Assembly: GCA_028822585.1 (NCBI GenBank)
Contig: JAPKDL010000004.1
Span: forward strand, 3,161-67,160
Direction of reading: 5' to 3'
DNA length: 64,000 bases
Source: Alphaproteobacteria bacterium
GTDB lineage: Bacteria; Pseudomonadota; Alphaproteobacteria; UBA8366; GCA-2717185
The translations under genes and the position numbers were made by a program. Under the pieces are notes generated by a model. It was given only the letters and a program-made list of their open reading frames with translations, was not told where the DNA came from and did not search any database. Positions 57,932 through 64,000 of the stretch are shown here, piece after piece (the stretch's first letter is position 1; every line of letters starts with the position of its first letter).

Positions 57932-58729
57932 TTATTCTGATGGAGCCAAATCCAGCCGCGCCACAATCCCTTCCAGCTCCGGCGATGCCGCCGGGTAGCG
58001 CTGCAGCACCTTTGGATCATGCCCCGGCACGATGTGCTGATAGGACGGAACCAGTTTTCGCAAATTTCTGAAACCTTCCAGCATCAAAAACTGATCTTCA
58101 TGATTCATGAAAGACGAACCGCCTTCAATGCTTTCATAATAATGCGCCGCGTCCGACGCCACGACCACCCAGCCACGTTTTGTGTGCACGCGGACCGATT
58201 GCAGCCCACGTGTGTGTCCTGGCATATGATGCACGGAAACACCCGGCGCAATCTCCTCATCTCCATCATGAAACAGAACCCGGTCGCCATAGACCGCCGT
58301 CACCATTTCATTCACCTCACTCAACACGAAAGAATGCCGCAGCCCCGGATGGGTCATTGCGCGGCCCGTGACATAGGCCATTTCCGAATCCTGAATGTGG
58401 AAGGTCGCCTTCGGGAACAGGCCCAGGTTGCCTGAATGATCATAATGCATATGTGTGATGACAAGGTCTTCAACATCCGCGGCCTCAACGCCTATCAAAC
58501 GCATACCGTCGGTCGGGCATCGTAGAAAATTTCGTCCGCGCTTCTCGCCTTCGGCCTGATTATAGCCAACATCTACAACGATGGTGCGGTCTTCATTCCG
58601 AATGACCCAGACAAAATAATCCATGCCCAACGGGCCCTCGTGCGGGTCGCCATGCATAAAAATCGTGCCGCGCGTTCCCACCCGGTCGCCATATTTTATT
58701 GCATAGATTTCGTATTCGGGCGTCGCCAT
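57932..58729 (-). CDS. Metallo-beta-lactamase-fold hydrolase, N-acyl-homoserine-lactonase-like
   Basis: ..LVITHMHYDHSGN.. (HxHxDH); ATG at 58729 (MATPEYEIYAIKYG) 9 nt after GGGAG; the longer ORF-track start lacks an SD. Confidence 0.85.
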   Translation of the reverse strand: MATPEYEIYAIKYGDRVGTRGTIFMHGDPHEGPLGMDYFVWVIRNEDRTIVVDVGYNQAEGEKRGRNFLRCPTDGMRLIGVEAADVEDLVITHMHYDHSGNLGLFPKATFHIQDSEMAYVTGRAMTHPGLRHSFVLSEVNEMVTAVYGDRVLFHDGDEEIAPGVSVHHMPGHTRGLQSVRVHTKRGWVVVASDAAHYYESIEGGSSFMNHEDQFLMLEGFRNLRKLVPSYQHIVPGHDPKVLQRYPAASPELEGIVARLDLAPSE

Positions 58730-58881
58730 TGCAAATTTCTCCCAGCGTGAATTGTCTTGTGGCACCATTGTACTCGGCCCAACAGGACAAACAATTCAAG
58801 CTTTCTATTTAAAAAACTGAAATCTGGACGCGCCAATTTATCAGCGTTACGGTTACATTTGCACGACACAGGATGAAGCTC

Positions 58882-59658
58882 ATGCAGATAGATTTCACAG
58901 GAAAATCCGTTTTGGTCACTGGTGCAGTTGGGGGTATAGGAAGAACCATCGCGCATAGCTTTGCTGCGCGTGGCGCGATTGTCTTCGCTACCGATATCCT
59001 AGCCGATGGCCTGAGCGAAACCGTCGCCAGCGCGGCGCCAACTAATGGCGGGACCATCGTCGCTAGGCCGTTGGACATTACTGATTTTGCGGCTGTATCT
59101 GGCTTGGTAAGCGAAATAGAGGGCACTTCAAACCGCGGCCAGATCGATATTGCCGTGCATGCCGCAGGCGGAGTTAAGGGGCAAACCGCACAATTCATCG
59201 AAGACGTCTCCAGCGAAGAGTGGGCGTCTATTTTTGAGGTCAACGTGAACGGCGCTTTCAATGTTGTCAAATCGGTGACGCCCGGCATGAAACGTGAGAG
59301 TAAGGGCGAGATTGTCATAATTTCCAGCCCCGCCGGATTGCGCACCAGCCGCACAGGGATCCAAAGCTACGCCATGTCAAAAGCCGGACAAATAGGTCTG
59401 GTACGACAATTAGCACAGGAATTGGGGCCATTTGGCATTCGCATTAACGCCGTCGCACCGGGTTTCATCGCCTCCAATCCCGATGCGCAAAAGCAGTGGA
59501 ATTCCTATGGCAAAGATGGTCAGGCAGCGTTGGTGGAAAGCATCGCTTTACGCCGCCTCGCCCGTCCGGAAGATATTGCGCACGCGGTCATGTTTTTGGC
59601 ATCCGATTTTGCTGGTTTTATCACCGGCCAGACCGTGCCCGTCAACGGGTCACCATAG
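58882..59658 (+). CDS. SDR (FabG-like)
   Basis: KSVLVTGAVGGIGRT, ..YAMSKAG..; ATG at 58882 8 nt after AGGA (alternative ATG at 58873). Confidence 0.88.
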   Translation: MQIDFTGKSVLVTGAVGGIGRTIAHSFAARGAIVFATDILADGLSETVASAAPTNGGTIVARPLDITDFAAVSGLVSEIEGTSNRGQIDIAVHAAGGVKGQTAQFIEDVSSEEWASIFEVNVNGAFNVVKSVTPGMKRESKGEIVIISSPAGLRTSRTGIQSYAMSKAGQIGLVRQLAQELGPFGIRINAVAPGFIASNPDAQKQWNSYGKDGQAALVESIALRRLARPEDIAHAVMFLASDFAGFITGQTVPVNGSP

Positions 59659-59674
59659 CGGTGTCACATCGGCG

Positions 59675-60439
59675 TCAGGAGTTCCACCACGGCGTATCTG
59701 AGAACGACCGCATGTCTATTTCCTGTGTCCAAGTAGAGCGGTGTTGCTGGGCGATATGGAAATAAGTGTCGGCAATCTTCTCCGGCAACATAAGCCCGTC
59801 ATGGTTGCCACCGCGCGACTCCCGAAGCTGCGCGAAACGCTCCGGACCCAGCATTTTCCCTAGCGTGTCAGGCGCATCCACGGATCCGTCTATCAGAATA
59901 TGCGCGATGTGAACGCCCTTGGGTCCAAATTCCGCGTTTAACGTCTGGCACAACATACGCCGTCCGCCCATTGCCGCCGCGTGAGAATGCTGCCCCTTGT
60001 TGCCGCGAACCGCCGCCGTCGCCGAGGTCACAAGGATCGTTCCCTTGCCGTGTTCCTCCATAAGGGGGCACACGGCGGAAGCGGTGCGAAATAAGCCGAA
60101 GGTCGCTAGACGCCACCCCATTTCAAAGGCCTTATACCGGGTGTCCGCCAGCGACCTATTGCCAATTTGTGCGCCCAGATTAAACACCACCGTATCGATA
60201 GGGCCGATATCGCTTTCAACCGAGGCGACCAGAGTTTCTATGCTGTCAGGTTCAATAGCGTTCAAAATGAAACCGGACGCAGACCCACCCGCACCCTCGA
60301 TATTCGCCACAAGCCGGTTCAACCCGTCTTGATCCGTGCGGCGGCACAGGACCGCGTGATAACCCGACTGCGCAAAACGCAAGCCCACATGGCCGCCAAT
60401 TCCAGCGCCAGCGCCAATGACCAAACAAACAGGTTTCAT
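59675..60439 (-). CDS. SDR
   Basis: MKPVCLVIGAGAGIGGHV..; 254 aa; GAGGAA SD. Confidence 0.85.
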   Translation of the reverse strand: MKPVCLVIGAGAGIGGHVGLRFAQSGYHAVLCRRTDQDGLNRLVANIEGAGGSASGFILNAIEPDSIETLVASVESDIGPIDTVVFNLGAQIGNRSLADTRYKAFEMGWRLATFGLFRTASAVCPLMEEHGKGTILVTSATAAVRGNKGQHSHAAAMGGRRMLCQTLNAEFGPKGVHIAHILIDGSVDAPDTLGKMLGPERFAQLRESRGGNHDGLMLPEKIADTYFHIAQQHRSTWTQEIDMRSFSDTPWWNS

Positions 60440-60459
60440 AAATTATTCCTCAGCCATTA

Positions 60460-60867
60460 CTATTCCGCGGCAGCGGCAGGCGCATCCACGACTTCAGTTT
60501 CAAAATTTGCAGGTGCCACAATTTCCAAAACTTCAAGGTCATTGGAACATGCGATTTCACGATGCGGAATGCCGGGACGTTGGTTGATCACGTCGCCTTT
60601 CTCAAGGCGGCGGACACCCTGGCCCTCATACTCGAATTCAGCCCAACCGTTCAATATCATGACAAATTGAAAGTCGCAGTGATGGACATGCCACTGCTGC
60701 ACTTCATCTGAGTTAGGCATCCCTTTCGACTTAACAATATGAGCGATGTAATCACCATTCGTCGACGCCTTGATGCCCAAATCCCGATACTCAAATATCT
60801 CTCGCAACCCCGGCGTCCACTTGGCACCGGTCGCAAGGTTATGCGAAAATTCCCAATCCTTCGGCAT
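60460..60867 (-). CDS. Cupin-domain protein
   Basis: 135 aa; ..QQWHVHHCDFQFVMILNGWAEFEYEG.. ..PGIPHRE..; AGGAG SD. Confidence 0.8.
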   Translation of the reverse strand: MPKDWEFSHNLATGAKWTPGLREIFEYRDLGIKASTNGDYIAHIVKSKGMPNSDEVQQWHVHHCDFQFVMILNGWAEFEYEGQGVRRLEKGDVINQRPGIPHREIACSNDLEVLEIVAPANFETEVVDAPAAAAE

Positions 60868-60939
60868 GGTCGTTCTCCTGTCTCTGATGACGCTGTGATT
60901 GTTGGAGAAACGATAGAGCGGAACGACGGGGAACGCTAT

Positions 60940-61367
60940 TTAAAAGTTGGGCCCAAAAAACTCCCACAAGACCTTCGACGTTGCACCTCCGACATCGCCG
61001 CTTGAGTGTTTGAAAATGTTTGGCTTGCGGTAAAACGCGAGAATGATGACGCCTTCTTTGGAACACGCCTTCTGAAACGAGCCCGGTAGGCACCATACAT
61101 ATAGGCCGGCACAGAGAATTCCTCCATGGTCTTGAAACGACCCTTCAATCACATAGGTTTTTCAATAGCGGCGTACTTATGCCTCGGCAAAGTCGCGCCG
61201 GGCTCCTATCGAAGCAGGCATCTCGTTTCGCCTTTGTCCTTCTCCTTGTACAGCGGCACCTTCATCAAAATGTCGTCGAAGGGCGTGAGACCCCATTCCA
61301 AACCCTGAAGTTAAATGTAGCTCGAACCTGACACCCTGGGTTCGGCCTTGCCTGTCCAATTCGCCAT
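60940..61367 (-). pseudogene. ChrR-type cupin gene, disrupted by frameshifts/stops
   Basis: AGGAGG + ATG at 61367 (MANWTGKAEPRVSGSSYI*), then in other frames LQGLEWGLTPFDDILMKVPLYKEKDKGETRCLLR*EPGATLPRHKY.. and ..IEGSFQDHGGILCAGLYVWCLPGSFQKACSKEGVIILAFYRKPNIF; together they give the order of a ChrR-like cupin. Confidence 0.6.
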
Positions 61368-61386
61368 GATATCTTCCTCCTAGCCC

Positions 61387-61737
61387 TCACGTTAGCACTT
61401 TGGGAAATACATGAACGCCATTGTCCCCCAAGGGCAGCGGAGTCACCTTGTGCACCGCGTTTAGGTCCAACGGCGCGTAGAGATGCGGAAATAAATCACC
61501 GCCGCGCGACGGCTCCCATTTTAGCGGCTCGTTGAGCGCGGCCGGATAAATGCTGACCAGCACTAACCCGGTTTGCCCAGCGAAGTGGCGGCGCGCCGTT
61601 TCCTGTGCCTGTTTGGCGGTAGAGAAATGGATGAAACCGTCTTTCAAATCGAGTGCGCTGCCCGAGTAGCGCTCATCTTTTTTCGCTTCAGCCCATTCTT
61701 CCGTGGTGCAAATTTTATAGATCAGCTCAGTGCTCAT
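61387..61737 (-). CDS. DUF952-family protein
   Basis: 116 aa; ..[13 protein letters not shown].. ..[11 protein letters not shown].. ..GDLFPHLY..; ATG overlaps the GMC stop (ATGA). Confidence 0.75.
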   Translation of the reverse strand: MSTELIYKICTTEEWAEAKKDERYSGSALDLKDGFIHFSTAKQAQETARRHFAGQTGLVLVSIYPAALNEPLKWEPSRGGDLFPHLYAPLDLNAVHKVTPLPLGDNGVHVFPKVLT

Positions 61738-63329
61738 CCCGCATTATCCTGGCGAATCATGTCGGCACCTTTTTCAGCAATCATGATCGTTGGCGCGTTG
61801 GTGTTTCCGGTAGTCACAATGGGCATGACCGAAGCGTCAATCACCCGCAACCCGGTCAAGCCGTGCACGCGCAGCCGGGAATCAACCACCGCCAACGGAT
61901 CTTCACCCATTTTGCAGGTGCCGACAGGGTGGTAAATTGTGGTGCCACTTCCCTGGGCGTATTTGCGCATGTCGTCAACGTTTTCAATCGGCGTTCCGGG
62001 ACGGGTCTCACCGGCGGAAAATTTCTCGATTGCGGACGCGGCGAAAATGCTTTGCGCCTGTTTCACCCCGGACAACATGACCTCAACGTCGCTTTCAGCC
62101 GACAGATAGTTTGGTTGGATTGCCGGTGGAATTAGGGGGTCCGGGCCCGTGGACATTATGGTGCCCCGGCTTTCCGGACGCCCCGGACAAATTGCGACGG
62201 CCATACCAGGCAGCCGTTCCAGTTCATTCTTGCGGTCCGGGTCAAAGCTGACCGGGGCAAACAGAAGTTGCAAATCGGGGCTCTCCAAGCCTTCACGACT
62301 GCGGGTAAACACCATCACCGTGGTGGCGCCAAATGTCAGCGCGCCATCGCCCTTCAACGCCCAACGAATGATTTCCGGAATAACCCGGGGCACGCGGGCC
62401 AGTTGATTGATGGTGATAGCGTTCTTCACACGGTGAGTGATGCGCGTGACGTAATGGTCCGACAAATTACCGCCGACGCCCGCCAGATTATGTTGCACCT
62501 CCACACCGATAGATTTCAAATGTTCGCCCGGTCCAACGCCAGACACCTGCAGCAAATGTGGAGAGTTGATGGATCCACCAGACAGCAAGACTTCCCGGTC
62601 GACGCGGATTTCCCGATCCTGTCCACGTTGTTTGTAGGTGACGCCGACACATTTCTTACCCTCGAACAATAGTTTGGTCGCCACCGCTTCGGTTTCGACT
62701 CTCAGGTTAGGCCGGTTCTTCGCCATCGCCAGATAGGTCGCAGCAGTGGACCCCCGAAACCGTCCGCGCCGGGTCATCTGGGAATAGCTGACGCCTTCCT
62801 GTTCGCGACCATTATAGTCGGTATTCAGTGGAAACCCCGCCTGCTGCGCCGCTTCGACGAATTTATGCGTCAGCGGCAGAATGGTGCTAGCATCTTCAAC
62901 CTCTAACGGGCCACCCTTACCACGAATTTCAGGATCACCGCCTTCCTTATAGTTTTCCGATTTCCTGAAATAGGGCAACACGTCGTCATAGGTCCAGCCG
63001 CGGCACCCGCGCTGCGCCCATCCGTCGTAGTCAGCGGCGTTGCCACGCACATATTGCATGCCGTTAATCGAACTGGATCCACCCAGAACTTTACCACGTG
63101 GCCAGTGAATGCGCCGCCCACCGCTGCCCTCCGACGGCTCGCTGCTGTAGTTCCAGTTCACCACCGGGTGATAAAGCAGCGAGCGGACCCCAGCGGGAAT
63201 ATGGATCATCGGATTCCGGTCCTTGGGTCCCGCTTCCAGCAACACCACGTTGGCGCCATCCTCACTCAACCGAGCGGCCAGCACACATCCCGCCGATCCG
63301 GCCCCGACAACCACATAATCAACCGCCAT
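61734..63329 (-). CDS. GMC-family flavin oxidoreductase (choline/alcohol dehydrogenase type)
   Basis: 531 aa; [21 protein letters not shown], ..[14 protein letters not shown].., C-terminal ..HPVGTCKMG.. ..[12 protein letters not shown].. Confidence 0.92.
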   Translation of the reverse strand: MAVDYVVVGAGSAGCVLAARLSEDGANVVLLEAGPKDRNPMIHIPAGVRSLLYHPVVNWNYSSEPSEGSGGRRIHWPRGKVLGGSSSINGMQYVRGNAADYDGWAQRGCRGWTYDDVLPYFRKSENYKEGGDPEIRGKGGPLEVEDASTILPLTHKFVEAAQQAGFPLNTDYNGREQEGVSYSQMTRRGRFRGSTAATYLAMAKNRPNLRVETEAVATKLLFEGKKCVGVTYKQRGQDREIRVDREVLLSGGSINSPHLLQVSGVGPGEHLKSIGVEVQHNLAGVGGNLSDHYVTRITHRVKNAITINQLARVPRVIPEIIRWALKGDGALTFGATTVMVFTRSREGLESPDLQLLFAPVSFDPDRKNELERLPGMAVAICPGRPESRGTIMSTGPDPLIPPAIQPNYLSAESDVEVMLSGVKQAQSIFAASAIEKFSAGETRPGTPIENVDDMRKYAQGSGTTIYHPVGTCKMGEDPLAVVDSRLRVHGLTGLRVIDASVMPIVTTGNTNAPTIMIAEKGADMIRQDNAG

Positions 63330-63339
63330 AATTTATCCC

Positions 63340-64000
63340 CTACCCAATCGCCATGAATTCCACATACGAAGCCGTAAATTCGCCATGATACACCGTGTTC
63401 TTCGCCACGCGAATATCCGCTTCCGTGTCTTTCGCCAGCATCGGATTACCGCTGTTGGTGTTGCGCGCGCGGCGAGGAAAATTGCTGCTGACCACGTCGA
63501 CTTGTAGCCGCGACCCAGCGCTTACCGTGTGGTGGATATCGCCTAGGTCCACACGAATTTGGTATACCTCACCCGACTGCAAGTATTTGGCTTCAGGGCC
63601 TCCATCTCGGTACATGGCGCGCTGCACGCCGTCCATCAACAATATCGTCTGCCCGTCCGGTGTCACTTCTATAAGCTTCGCGATAAAATCGGTATCAGGG
63701 CAGTCCGACGCGGCATGTAGTACGACCGATGCGCCACCCGCCAGCGTCAGATCCGCCGCAAGAACGTCACCATCATACATCAAGCCATAACCGGGCCGAT
63801 TCTGTGCAGGGCGCTGGTCGACCTGTCCACCGGGGATCAGCATATTGCGACCGCCCAAGGTCGGATTGGGGCTCCGCGGGTCGTATTCATAGTTGCGCGC
63901 GCCGCCGCCAGGGTCGCCACCCAAATATCCATCGCCATGTAGATACAATCGACGCTGTGACGCATCTGTAGGCGGCCAGGTTCCCGAGTGCCTCCAGTCA
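63340..64000 (-). CDS. CocE/NonD-family (X-Pro dipeptidyl-peptidase-like) hydrolase, C-terminal part; N-terminus outside window
   Basis: Frame stays open to nt 64000 (..DWRHSGTWPPTDASQRRLYLHGDG..); ..YEYDPRSPNPTLGG.., ..DTDFIAKLIEVTPDG.., ..SSNFPRRARNTNSG.. typical of the PepX_C beta-sandwich. Confidence 0.75.
   Translation of the reverse strand, partial: DWRHSGTWPPTDASQRRLYLHGDGYLGGDPGGGARNYEYDPRSPNPTLGGRNMLIPGGQVDQRPAQNRPGYGLMYDGDVLAADLTLAGGASVVLHAASDCPDTDFIAKLIEVTPDGQTILLMDGVQRAMYRDGGPEAKYLQSGEVYQIRVDLGDIHHTVSAGSRLQVDVVSSNFPRRARNTNSGNPMLAKDTEADIRVAKNTVYHGEFTASYVEFMAIG

Overview
This is a gene-dense 64-kb bacterial window with about 60 intact protein-coding genes on both strands. I found no rRNA, tRNA or CRISPR array. 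It reads as a patchwork of small catabolic operons rather than core genome.

Main content:
- One TRAP transporter and one heterodimeric ABC exporter pair.
- Four TauD/TfdA-family dioxygenases, two family-III CoA-transferases, two MmgE/PrpD proteins, two enolase-superfamily enzymes, four SDRs and three cupins.
- Three tandem paralogue pairs: ketopantoate-reductase-like, Ldh2/ComC-like and polysaccharide-deacetylase-like.
- A Rieske oxygenase alpha/beta pair, pobA, leuC/leuD-like genes and a ComA-like phosphosulfolactate synthase.
- Several families of unknown function: DUF1446/DUF4387, DUF952, DUF3604-like and an LVIVD propeller.

Five decayed genes are visible: an IS630 transposase 5' fragment, two IS3-type orfA fragments, a VOC/glyoxalase pseudogene and a ChrR-type cupin pseudogene.

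Two absences stand out. There is no recognisable transcription factor, and there is almost no spacer between convergent genes. The host is probably a (marine?) alphaproteobacterium, but that is inferred from family content only.

The best candidates for undescribed biology are:
- the MBL / cupin / DUF1446 / DUF4387 / LLM operon (54.7-58.7 kb);
- the twice-occurring enolase / CoA-transferase / dehydrogenase / PrpD module;
- the dehydrogenase-leuC-leuD operon facing a ComA-like gene, inside a diffuse organosulfonate signature.

All family calls come from reading the translated ORFs and the DNA by eye. No database search or folding program was run.
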